From Candidatus Bathyarchaeota archaeon (GTDB taxonomy: Archaea > Thermoproteota > Bathyarchaeia > Bathyarchaeales > DTEX01), in NCBI GenBank assembly GCA_021158305.1, contig JAGGUU010000158.1:1-37134 (forward strand): a stretch of 37,134 nt of DNA, read 5' to 3'. Shown here piece after piece: positions 9,770 to 18,605 of the stretch; position 1 is the stretch's first letter; every line of letters begins with the position of its first letter. The notes beneath the pieces were generated by a model. It was not told where the DNA came from. It saw nothing but the letters and a program-made list of their open reading frames with translations, and ran no database searches. The position numbers and the translations under genes were made by a program.

Positions 9770-10350
9770 TTGGGTAGGCTTAAAGGAAAAACCATAGCGA
9801 TAATTGTAGCCAATGAGTTTGAAGATATAGAACTACTCTATCCGCTTCTAAGGCTAAGCGAGGAGGGTGCTAAAATTATCATTATCCCCGTAAAGGGGGG
9901 TTTGCATCCTAGACCTGTCGCTGAAAAACCCGTTTCAGGGCGATATGGAACCCCTATACCACTGCAGGTAATGAAGGAAGGAAAAAGATATGTATGCTTA
10001 GATCTGGAGAAAGTCGATATTAAGGAGATCGATTGTCTGTTGATCCCCGGAGGTTTTTCACCAGACGCTTTAAGAATCAACGAAGAAGTCTTAAACTTAG
10101 TTAGGAAAATGAATGAGTTAAACAAAATAATCGCCGCCATATGCCATGGTCCTCAAGTATTGATCTCAGCTGGTCTAGCCAAAGGTAAAAAATGACTTCA
10201 TATACCGCTGTTAGAGATGACTTAATAAATGCAGGAGCAGAGTTCGTGGATGAGTCTGCTGTCAGAGATGGTAACATAATAACCGCGAGAGTCCCTGATG
10301 ATCTTCCGGATTTCTGTCAGGAAATAATCAAAGCTTTAAGCGAAACATAA
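9770..10350 (+). pseudogene. DJ-1/PfpI family protease/amidotransferase, interrupted by a 1-nt frameshift in an A6 run.
   Basis: The TTG start at 9770 follows GAGGGGGA. Frame 1 (9770-10195) carries the nucleophile elbow AAICHGPQVLISAG and stops at TGA 10193-10195, right after GGT AAAAAA. The next frame (10195-10350) continues [40 protein letters not shown], which is the normal PfpI C-terminus. One extra A would restore GKKMTSY. Confidence 0.75.
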
Positions 10351-10446
10351 AAATAACTCCACAGCCCTCCACAATTTTTTATCTTTTTTCGCATAATTCC
10401 CCGTACCTTAAAGGATGATCTCTGCACTTTTAGGCCTAACGAAACG

Positions 10447-10458
10447 AAAAATATATAT
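10447..10458 (+). promoter_or_regulatory. Putative TATA box for the tRNA-Tyr gene.
   Basis: AAAAATATATAT ends 28 nt upstream of tRNA position 1 (10486), which is typical archaeal box A spacing. Confidence 0.45.
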
Positions 10459-10485
10459 CGGCTTTCTTTCTTTCTGAAAAATTGT

Positions 10486-10702
10486 CGGGCGGTAGCTCAG
10501 CTTGGCAGAGCTTCCGAATCAGCCCCGAGTAGGGCTGATGGAGATGCTGTAGACGCCGCCCGGAGATGGGCGCGTCGCTTCAGCCTGCCAAGCGTACAGA
10601 AACCGGAGTGTCGCAGGAGAGCTGCGGGTGGACCGTCAGCTCTGCGAGTTCAAATTAGGCTGGCGGATGCCGCCTCCTAGGAGACTCCTGCCCGCCCGAC
10701 CA
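10486..10702 (+). tRNA. tRNA-Tyr(GUA) gene with four predicted BHB introns, CCA encoded.
   Basis: Exons are 10486-10516, 10546-10552, 10602-10617, 10649-10654 and 10686-10702. Joined, they give a perfect 77-nt cloverleaf: CGGGCGG TA GCTC AGCTTGGCA GAGC T TCCGG CTGTAGA CCGGA GTGTC GCAGG TTCAAAT CCTGC CCGCCCG A CCA. The C1:G72 pair is the archaeal Tyr identity pair. G15:C48, G18, G19 and T54T55C56 are all present. Introns are 10517-10545 (29 nt, position 30/31), 10553-10601 (49 nt, canonical 37/38), 10618-10648 (31 nt, 53/54) and 10655-10685 (31 nt, 59/60). Each is bounded by 3-nt bulges around a 4-bp helix. Confidence 0.85.
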
Positions 10703-10770
10703 TAAGATATTTTAATTTTGTTGCGGTGTACTTGTAGCAGCATTCAGGCTATATTTTCCAGAGAGACGAG

Positions 10771-11637
10771 ATGATGTCTAGCGATCTAGAGCGGCGGATT
10801 CGGGAGCTATATGATCGGGTTGACCAGCTTAAGGCTGAGAGAGACGAGCTGAGGATAAACGCTCAGAGATGGGTTGAGAAACGCGATGGCATCCGAGAGG
10901 AAATAAGGAAGATAAGACTGACAGTTCGGAACTTGAAGCGAAAGAGGAACATGCTTAATGATGAGGTAAGGCAGCTGAAGGTTCTGAGGGAGGCTGATAA
11001 GAAGAGAAGAAGGGAGATCTTTGAGAAGATTAGGAGGCTTAGGGAGGAAAGGAAAAGAGTAAGCATGAAGAAGCCTCGTCGAAGCAGATCCTACCTAGAG
11101 GGGGAGATAAAAAAGATTGAATGGAAGATTCAAACCGAGCCTCTTCCCCTCGATGTTGAGAAAGAACTCGTCAATAATATTAGGATTCTAGAATCTCAGC
11201 TTGGAGTATACCGCAGAATCGAAGAACTGAACGCTGAGATCGCGGAGCTTATGAAGAAGGCAGACGAGATAAGAAAGGAGATTTCAAGTTACAGGTCTAG
11301 AATTTTGGAGAAGGCGGCGGAGAGCCGAGAGTTCCACTTAAAGATGCTTAGAAAAATAGAGAGGATAAAAGAGCTTGAGGCAGAAGCGGAGAAAAGCCAT
11401 CAGAGATACCTCGAATATAAGAAGAAGACTAGAGCATTAAGTTTGGAGATCAAGAAGCTTCTAGATGAGATCCGATCGATCCAGGAGATGATGGAAAAGA
11501 TGGAAAAGGAAGAGAGACGGCGGAAGGAGGAGACCCTTAAAAGGAAACTTGTAGAGAATGCCTTGAAAAAGATTAAGCGTGGAGAGAAAATCTCATTTAA
11601 CGAGTTCAAGATCCTACTCGAGAAGGGCAAGATCTAG
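10771..11637 (+). CDS. Archaeal coiled-coil protein (COG1340-like).
   Basis: 288 aa. It is almost entirely heptad-like and K/E/R-rich (ELYDRVDQLKAERDELR..., EIRKEISSYRSRILEKAAE...). Length and composition match the conserved archaeal coiled-coil family. Function is unknown. Confidence 0.65.
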   Translation: MMSSDLERRIRELYDRVDQLKAERDELRINAQRWVEKRDGIREEIRKIRLTVRNLKRKRNMLNDEVRQLKVLREADKKRRREIFEKIRRLREERKRVSMKKPRRSRSYLEGEIKKIEWKIQTEPLPLDVEKELVNNIRILESQLGVYRRIEELNAEIAELMKKADEIRKEISSYRSRILEKAAESREFHLKMLRKIERIKELEAEAEKSHQRYLEYKKKTRALSLEIKKLLDEIRSIQEMMEKMEKEERRRKEETLKRKLVENALKKIKRGEKISFNEFKILLEKGKI

Positions 11638-11718
11638 GAATAAAAATGGATTTCAGATCTGAAAGACTTATTTGTGAAGGACACTAACTAATATCAGGGG
11701 GACTTTAGGAGAGGAGTA

Positions 11719-12936
11719 ATGTCTAGAGACGAGAAGCAAGCATCCGAGTCTCTACTTATTCTATGCGTCGACAGGGATGACGATATAGGGCGAAAAGCTG
11801 GAGTTAAGACTCCCATAATTGGAAAGGAAGAGAATCTGAGATCAGCTCTGAAGCTTATACTCGCCGATCCTGAGGAAGCCGATGCAAATGCTATGTTCGA
11901 AGCCATAAGACTGTATGATGCGCTTAACAAAAGCAAGAAGAGTGGAGAAAAGTATGAGATAGCTACTATAGCGGGATCGGAACTTGGCGGAGTAACAGCT
12001 GACAGAAAACTTGTAGCTGAGCTCGGAGAAGTCTTGAAAAAGTTCCCCGCAGATGGGTTAATTCTCGTAACAGATGGATTCTCAGATGAAGATATAATGC
12101 CTCTCATCCAGACGAGGATTCCTGTCACATCGGTGAGAAGAGTAGTCATTAAGCATAGCGAATCAATAGAGGAGACCGCGGCAATCTTCTCCAGATATTG
12201 GAGAATGATCACGGAGGATCCGAGATACTCAAGGATTGCACTAGGTCTACCGGGAGTGCTACTTATCTCTCTGGGAATCTTAATCTTGCTTAAAACATTC
12301 ATAAAATTCGACATATACACTTGGACCGCTATCATCGGATTAATAATTCTCGGGAGTTATCTTTTAGGTAAAGGTTACGGGATAGATCGAAAAATATCAG
12401 CTATGTTCTCACGTCTATACCACTACTCGATTTCAGGAATGGTTGAAGGCTTCTCCTTAACTTTCGGGTTCATCATTATAGGTATAGGCTTTTACCAAGC
12501 CGTATCCTTCATAGTCTCCAAGTATGGATCAGTATTTCGTTTCCCAATGGATGCTGAAATGCTGATGGCGATTATACCCTTGATAATAGGATGGTTCATA
12601 AATAAGACCATAACTCTGGCAATAGTGGGGATATGCACAATCTTCTTGGGAAAATCAATAGCCTACCTGCTGGAGCGTGACACAAGATTCTGGAGAACAG
12701 TAGCCTTGATACCCATTTCAGCATGGTCATGGACTACCCTAAATGAGATCTCTCGAATAATCTTGGATCCTTCGTTGCCTCCAGACAGCCTAGTAATGTC
12801 CGTCATAATAGGAATAGCGATCATTGTGATTACAGGATTAGCAACGTTGCTTTTAAGCAGAAAATACCGCGACTTTTTCGGAGGAAAAATGAAGAAGCGG
12901 AAGATCAAGGATGTCAAGACGGAAAACCTCTCTTAA
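11719..12936 (+). CDS. DUF373 family archaeal membrane protein.
   Basis: 405 aa. The N-terminal soluble domain carries the LLILCVDRDDDIGRKAGVKTPI signature. Several C-terminal transmembrane helices follow. Confidence 0.8.
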   Translation: MSRDEKQASESLLILCVDRDDDIGRKAGVKTPIIGKEENLRSALKLILADPEEADANAMFEAIRLYDALNKSKKSGEKYEIATIAGSELGGVTADRKLVAELGEVLKKFPADGLILVTDGFSDEDIMPLIQTRIPVTSVRRVVIKHSESIEETAAIFSRYWRMITEDPRYSRIALGLPGVLLISLGILILLKTFIKFDIYTWTAIIGLIILGSYLLGKGYGIDRKISAMFSRLYHYSISGMVEGFSLTFGFIIIGIGFYQAVSFIVSKYGSVFRFPMDAEMLMAIIPLIIGWFINKTITLAIVGICTIFLGKSIAYLLERDTRFWRTVALIPISAWSWTTLNEISRIILDPSLPPDSLVMSVIIGIAIIVITGLATLLLSRKYRDFFGGKMKKRKIKDVKTENLS

Positions 12937-13657
12937 AGCTGAGATTGCAATAATAGGAGGGACGGGTTTAGAATTCCTTCTCAGATTCTCCCATAGAGTA
13001 CAGGTGGAGACTCCTTATGGATTCTCCACGATCTCTCTTGGGAAGATTGAAGAAAAAGCCGTAGCGTTTCTTCCACGCCATGGATACAGACATGAGCTCC
13101 TACCGCATAGGATAAATTATAGAGCAAACATTTATGCCCTCTACACCATCGGCGTCAAAAAGATAATTGCAACAAATGCTGTAGGCGCCGTGAACCCGAA
13201 GTTCCAAGTGGGAGACATAGTTGTTCCGCACGATTTGATAGACTTCACAAAGCAGAGGACGCTTTCATTCTTTGATGAACCAGAATCCGCGCACATAGAC
13301 TTCACAGAGCCCTATTGCAGTGAATTACGTGAAGCTCTGATTAGGGCGGCTGAAGACTCTGGGGAAAAAGTGCATAAACGCGCAGTTTATGCATGTATGG
13401 AGGGACCTAGGTATGAGACTGCAGCTGAGGTCCGCATGCTTAGGATGCTTGGATGCGATATTGTAGGCATGACGAGCATACCTGAGGCGGTTCTGGCTAG
13501 AGAGCTCAGAATATGCTACGCATCTTTATGCTACGTCTCCAATATGGCGGCGGGTCTAAGCGGGAGGATCTCGCATCGAAAAATCTCGGAGGTAGCGTCT
13601 TCGGTCAAGCCGCGACTAGATAAAATATTAATGCGAACAGTCTCATACTTGACATAA
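12911..13657 (+). CDS. mtnP: S-methyl-5'-thioadenosine phosphorylase (PNP/MTAP family).
   Basis: 248 aa. Motifs are IAIIGGTG, FLPRHGYRHELLPHRINYRANIYAL and MTSIPEAVLAREL. It overlaps the preceding gene by 26 nt. Confidence 0.85.
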   Translation: MSRRKTSLKAEIAIIGGTGLEFLLRFSHRVQVETPYGFSTISLGKIEEKAVAFLPRHGYRHELLPHRINYRANIYALYTIGVKKIIATNAVGAVNPKFQVGDIVVPHDLIDFTKQRTLSFFDEPESAHIDFTEPYCSELREALIRAAEDSGEKVHKRAVYACMEGPRYETAAEVRMLRMLGCDIVGMTSIPEAVLARELRICYASLCYVSNMAAGLSGRISHRKISEVASSVKPRLDKILMRTVSYLT

Positions 13658-13693
13658 ACTGTAGATTGTTAAATCCGGCGATAGGCATAGGAA

Positions 13694-14488
13694 GTGAAAT
13701 TAGTAATGCTTAGAACACTGCTATCAATACTTGGAGTGTACCGGATATATGAGAAATGGCTTCTGCAACAAGTGAAGAATAAGCCCATGCCCAAACACAT
13801 AGGTGTGATCCTCGATGGAAATAGAAGATGGGCCATAAATCATTCTTTAGACCCAAAGCTTGGCCACCATTATGGGGCAGATAAAACTGAGGAAGTACTC
13901 AGATGGTGTCTAGATCTAGGAATTCAGAGCATCACACTCTATGTCTTCTCAACCGAGAACTTCAGAAGAGCTAGGGAGGAAGTTGAGGATTTAATGAATC
14001 TCTTTGAAGAGAGGCTTCAAAAGCTAAAGGATGATGAAGATATTCACAAGCATAAAGTTAGAATAAAGGCTATTGGAAGAATAAATCTCTTGCCTGAGAG
14101 GCTTCAGCGGCTCATAAGAGAGATTGAGGAGGAGACGAAGAAATATGACGGTCACTTCCTCAATCTTGCGATAGCCTATGGAGGTAGAGCTGAGATAATC
14201 GACGCTACGAAGAAGATAGCCAAGAAAATATTGGATGGTGAATTATCGATCGAGGATATAAATGAGAAAACATTCGAGAAGAACCTTTACACGTCTCATC
14301 TTCCGAAACAGGATCCTGACCTTATAATAAGGACTTCTGGCGAGGAACGGCTCAGCGGTTTCCTTCTCTATCAGTCAGCTTATAGTGAGCTTTGCTTCAT
14401 TGATGTCTATTGGCCGGAATTCAGACGCATAGATCTTTTAAGGGCTATTAGAACTTATCAGAGACGTAAGAGACGATTTGGGAAATGA
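13694..14488 (+). CDS. uppS: Cis-prenyltransferase (undecaprenyl diphosphate synthase family).
   Basis: 264 aa. Hallmarks are HIGVILDGNRRWA and IRTSGEERLSGFLLYQSAYSEL. The start may instead be the ATG at 13706, which follows GGAAGTGA. Confidence 0.9.
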   Translation: MKLVMLRTLLSILGVYRIYEKWLLQQVKNKPMPKHIGVILDGNRRWAINHSLDPKLGHHYGADKTEEVLRWCLDLGIQSITLYVFSTENFRRAREEVEDLMNLFEERLQKLKDDEDIHKHKVRIKAIGRINLLPERLQRLIREIEEETKKYDGHFLNLAIAYGGRAEIIDATKKIAKKILDGELSIEDINEKTFEKNLYTSHLPKQDPDLIIRTSGEERLSGFLLYQSAYSELCFIDVYWPEFRRIDLLRAIRTYQRRKRRFGK

Positions 14489-14501
14489 TGCAGAGGATTG
14501 C

Positions 14502-15713
14502 TTAGGCTCTCTTCTTCGCGCTCACGATGGATATTACGTCCCTATCCTTCAAGATGTAATCTTCGCCTCGACGCACTTTGCTTCTACAGTCAATGGCATA
14601 TATGAAGCTCTCTCCGAGCTCTGTGTGGATCAAGTATGCTAGTTCCCTAGCTGTCGTACCCTCCGGCACGAGCCTCGCATCTGGAAGAATCCTTCCCTTA
14701 TGGTCTGAGAGCTTCTCGGGATCCTCCACCGTATACACAACTATCATTTTGAGAAGCTTGAAAAACGCGGCGTTTATAGCCTCCTGCACACCAGTAGATC
14801 CATAGGGCTTCAAGACCCTATTGCGGATCATCTCTAAAGCCCGCTTCTGCCTCTCAGTTATCTTCTCGGGCTTCAGAATAGAGAAGTCATCGTCTCCAGG
14901 CATATAGCGTATTAAACCCTTCTCGGCGGCTCTCCTCAATGCAAGTTCGGCTTCGGCGCTGCAGGGAACAACCATGTATCCGGAACTCCTCAGCCTTTCT
15001 AAGTTGTCCTCAGATGCTGGCACGTCTATTTTATTCGCGGCTATCAACATTGGCTTCGAGATTCTTCGTAAATCGTCCATGAACTTGTAAAAGTCGCTTT
15101 CGCTCCATCTTGAAGGCTTACTCGCGTTTAGATCCTCCATTCTCAAAGCCTCAATTATCTCCTTCCTCTTTATGGAGAGTCCACTTAGCCTATTCTCTAG
15201 AAGAGAAGGTAGATCCGATCTACGTGACTCCACGGTTCTCACGATTCTCTGCCAGTCCCTCTTTACGATCTGAATCATCCACATAGTTAACTCTCTTTCT
15301 AAAAACTTAACGTCCTCTAATGGATCATGCATTCCAGGCTTGAGAATTCTGCCTTCAAGATCCGTTGATCCAGAAGCGTCAACTATGTGAATTAGGGCGC
15401 TGGCCCTCCTTATCTCATCTAGAAACTGGTTTCCAAGCCCCCTGCCTTTCCAAGCGTCTGGGACGAGGCCAGCCGTATCTACAAGCTCAACCGGGATGAA
15501 TCTTGTTCCATCGATACATATCGAGTTCACTGGATTATCTTTAACGTTAAATTCTTTGCACACGCATTTTGTCCGCAGATAAGCAACTCCAACATTAGGT
15601 TTTATTGTCGTGAATGGATAGCTTGCTATTTCAACGGATGCAAGGGTTGCGGCGCTGAAGAATGTGGATTTTCCAACATTAGGTTTTCCAACTATTCCTA
15701 CGGAGAATGGTAT
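14502..15713 (-). CDS. YchF/Obg-like P-loop GTPase/ATPase with a C-terminal TGS domain. The start is likely non-canonical (ATA).
   Basis: The track ORF starts at an internal GTG (15563). The same frame continues upstream as (I)PFSVGIVGKPNVGKSTFFSAATLASVEIASYPFTTIKPNVGVAYLRTKC, which contains the G1 motif. G3 is DTAGLV, G4 is NKID, and the TGS-like C-terminus is GEDYILKDRDVISIV. The only plausible start is ATA at 15713-15711, 7 nt after GGTGA. Confidence 0.8.
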   Translation of the reverse strand: MPFSVGIVGKPNVGKSTFFSAATLASVEIASYPFTTIKPNVGVAYLRTKCVCKEFNVKDNPVNSICIDGTRFIPVELVDTAGLVPDAWKGRGLGNQFLDEIRRASALIHIVDASGSTDLEGRILKPGMHDPLEDVKFLERELTMWMIQIVKRDWQRIVRTVESRRSDLPSLLENRLSGLSIKRKEIIEALRMEDLNASKPSRWSESDFYKFMDDLRRISKPMLIAANKIDVPASEDNLERLRSSGYMVVPCSAEAELALRRAAEKGLIRYMPGDDDFSILKPEKITERQKRALEMIRNRVLKPYGSTGVQEAINAAFFKLLKMIVVYTVEDPEKLSDHKGRILPDARLVPEGTTARELAYLIHTELGESFIYAIDCRSKVRRGEDYILKDRDVISIVSAKKRA

Positions 15714-15823
15714 TGTCCGTCACCTTTCAATCATCTTTCCCAGAATATATATTCGTTAAATGGCACTATTTAGCCTTACATAGATGTAATAGGCAAAACA
15801 TCTCTGAAAATCAAGAGGGATGC

Positions 15824-17248
15824 TCATTTATTGATTATGCTTTGGGGCTCCCTACGCATTATCTCCCTTGCCACTATAACGCCGCTTGCACTCGCTTGGA
15901 TTAGCCCGCGGGTTATACCAGCTCCGTCACCTATCGTGAAGAGATTTCTAATCTTTGTCTCAAGGCTCTCGTTCAGCTCGAGTCTTGAGGAATAGAATTT
16001 TACCTCGACGCCGTATAGAAGCGTGTGCTTACTGTATATTCCAGGGGTAACTTTGTCTAAGGCTTTAAGCATCTCGCGTATATCCGTCAAGTAGCGGTAG
16101 GGAAGAACGAAGCTTAAGTCTCCTGGTGTGGCGGTCTTCAATGTTGGATTCACGACGCTTCTCTTAATCCTATCCTCAGTAGACCTTCTACCTAGAATGA
16201 GGTCGCCGAGCCTTTGAATTATAACGGTTCCGCTTAGGAGATTAGCTAGCCTCGCGATGTATTTTCCATATGCTATGGGCTCCCTGAATGGATATGTAAA
16301 CGATGTGCTGACGAGAATGGCAAAGTTGGTGTTCTCAGTCTTCCTATTGGCGTAGCTCTGCCCATTAACGCTTATCACTCCATTATAGGATTCGGTTATC
16401 ACTTCGCCGTGAGGAGCTACGCAGAAGGTTCTAACCATATCGTCAAATGCTTGCGAATAATATATGAACTTTGGTTCGTATAGCACGCTTGTTAGGCTTT
16501 CCATTACGGACGCTAGGGTCTCAACTCTAACCCCTACATCAACCGGATTATTCAGCGTCTTTAAGCCTAAAGCCTCCGCTTGGCTCTTCAACCATTCCGC
16601 CCCGACTCTTCCAGGAGCAACGATAACATACTTGCCAAAAATCTCATTTCCATCTACGGTCTTTACGCCCTTTATCTCCCCATCTTTGACTATGAGGCTC
16701 TTAACCTCAGTGTTTGTTCTAACCTCAACGCGGTCATCAAGGTCCTGCCTTATCTTCTTCAAGGCTTCTCTACAGTTATCCGTGCCTAGATGGCGGATCT
16801 TCTGCCTTATGAGCCTCAAGCCAGCTAGGGAGGCTTGCTTCTCTATTCTCTCAACCTCGTCAATATCGTATCCGTAGACGACTGATGAGTCTGCATATCT
16901 GCTGTATATCTTATCCACGTATTTTAGAAGCTCCGAGAGCTTCTCTTTGCCTATGTATTCATTGAGCCACCCGCCTACGGAGGTTGAGAGGGTTAATTTT
17001 CCATCGCTGAAAGCTCCAGCTCCTCCCCAACCAGAGAGAAGATGGCAAGGGTTGCAGTGGATGCAGCCGAGGCCTCTGCTTGCGGGGCATCTGCGCTTAT
17101 CGATATCTGAGCCTTTCTCCAGCATAATTATGTCTAAATCGCTCTTTCCTGAGAGTTCTAGGGCTGAGAATATTCCAGCAGGCCCGGCTCCAACGATCAC
17201 AACATCATACTTCAAAAGTGTCCCTTCCCGAGAGAATACGGACTTCAA
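15824..17248 (-). CDS. FAD-dependent oxidoreductase (COG2509-like uncharacterised flavoprotein).
   Basis: 474 aa with a TTG start. It has the FAD fold YDVVIVGAGPAGIFSALEL, a Cys cluster CPASRGLGCIHCNPCHLLSGWGGAGAFSDGK, and C-terminal GDGAGITRGL. Confidence 0.75.
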   Translation of the reverse strand: MKSVFSREGTLLKYDVVIVGAGPAGIFSALELSGKSDLDIIMLEKGSDIDKRRCPASRGLGCIHCNPCHLLSGWGGAGAFSDGKLTLSTSVGGWLNEYIGKEKLSELLKYVDKIYSRYADSSVVYGYDIDEVERIEKQASLAGLRLIRQKIRHLGTDNCREALKKIRQDLDDRVEVRTNTEVKSLIVKDGEIKGVKTVDGNEIFGKYVIVAPGRVGAEWLKSQAEALGLKTLNNPVDVGVRVETLASVMESLTSVLYEPKFIYYSQAFDDMVRTFCVAPHGEVITESYNGVISVNGQSYANRKTENTNFAILVSTSFTYPFREPIAYGKYIARLANLLSGTVIIQRLGDLILGRRSTEDRIKRSVVNPTLKTATPGDLSFVLPYRYLTDIREMLKALDKVTPGIYSKHTLLYGVEVKFYSSRLELNESLETKIRNLFTIGDGAGITRGLIQASASGVIVAREIMRREPQSIINK

Positions 17249-17295
17249 AACTACTTATATTTCTTTTCTCTGAACGTCTCATGTCTCCTTCATAA

Positions 17296-18480
17296 TTAGA
17301 GAATCTTCTCCATCCTTTCACATGCTTCTTTAATTCTCTCTAGAGGCTGGGTTACGGAGAAACGCACGTATCCCTCACCGTGTTCTCCGAATCCTACTCC
17401 CGGGGTTGCAACGACGCCTACCTCTAGAAGTCTCTGAACAAACTTTATGGAGTCCTCTTTGCACTTCGCCCATACATAGAAAGTTGCTAGTGGCTTCCTG
17501 CATTCTAATCCAATATGTTTAAGGCCCTTCGTTAGCTCCTTAATTCTCTCATGATATGTTGCCACAGTTTTCTTCACATGTAAGGGAGGCTCTCCATTAA
17601 CGTAGCTTCTTAAAGCTCGCACTGCGACCTTCTGTATGTACTTAGGTGGACCTGAGTCAACTTGTGCCTTAACCTTCTGAAGCCCTTCTATAACATCTCT
17701 ATTTCCGACAGCGAATCCTATCCTATCCCCCGTCATGCTAAATGTCTTTGAGCATGAATGGAACTCAACTGCCACTTCTTTTCCGCTGTCGACTTCAAGT
17801 ATGCTTGGAGCCTTATAGCCATTGAAGGTTATCTCGGAGTACGCGTTATCATAGCAGACTATAATGTTATTCTCTAGGGCGAAGTCCACGATTTGTTTTA
17901 GGCTCTTTTTATCCATTACGCTTCCAGTTGGGTTATTTGGGTAATTAAGAAACATCATCTTCACGTTCTTCAAGTCCATCTCCATTAGAGAGTCGATATT
18001 CGGCTTAAAGTCGTTCTCTTCAAGCAGAGGCATAGCCACCGGAATTCCCTCGCTAAGTGTAACTGCTCCGTTTGCATAGACTGGATATGCCGGGTTTGGG
18101 ACGAGAACCCTGTCGCCTGGATTAACGAAGGCTCGGGCTATATTAGCTAAGCCTTCCTTTGAGCCTATCAGCGCGATGACTTCCCTTTGCGGATCAAGAT
18201 CGACTCCGAATCTTCCTTTATACCAGTCGGCGACTGCCTCTTTGAATTCTGGTTCTCCCTGACTGAATGAGTAGTTGTGATTATTTGGATTTGAGGCTTC
18301 CTTAGCTAGTGCTTCGAGGATGAACTTCGGCGGTGGAATATCTGGGTCTCCTATGCTGAGGGAGATTAGGTCGATGCCTTGCTTCTTCTTCTCGTTTATG
18401 GTTTTTTCTAGCTCCGCGAATATGTAGGGTGGAAGCTTCTTCACTCTCTCTGCGAATTCTATTCGCATCTGTTTCATCAT
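17296..18480 (-). CDS. Class I PLP-dependent aminotransferase (LL-diaminopimelate/aspartate aminotransferase-like).
   Basis: 394 aa. Motifs are KLPPYIFAEL, GDPDIPPP and NYPNNPTG. The PLP-lysine motif is SCSKTFSMTGDRIG. Confidence 0.8.
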   Translation of the reverse strand: MMKQMRIEFAERVKKLPPYIFAELEKTINEKKKQGIDLISLSIGDPDIPPPKFILEALAKEASNPNNHNYSFSQGEPEFKEAVADWYKGRFGVDLDPQREVIALIGSKEGLANIARAFVNPGDRVLVPNPAYPVYANGAVTLSEGIPVAMPLLEENDFKPNIDSLMEMDLKNVKMMFLNYPNNPTGSVMDKKSLKQIVDFALENNIIVCYDNAYSEITFNGYKAPSILEVDSGKEVAVEFHSCSKTFSMTGDRIGFAVGNRDVIEGLQKVKAQVDSGPPKYIQKVAVRALRSYVNGEPPLHVKKTVATYHERIKELTKGLKHIGLECRKPLATFYVWAKCKEDSIKFVQRLLEVGVVATPGVGFGEHGEGYVRFSVTQPLERIKEACERMEKIL

Positions 18481-18605
18481 TGCTCCTTCAATATCTTAGC
18501 CCATATGCAATTTGAGTCTTACGATCTACCTATCTTTGAGTACAGCGGATATGAAAGATTTATGGATGAGGATGAGATAGTCTAAAAAATGATGGAGGCT
18601 GGAAG

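Noticed and set aside
10414-10477. GGATGATC ... CTGA spaced about 60 nt apart upstream of tRNA-Tyr, considered as a C/D sRNA.
   Set aside because: The C box is imperfect and there are no internal C'/D' boxes. The interval is better explained as the tRNA promoter, with the AAAAATATATAT TATA box.
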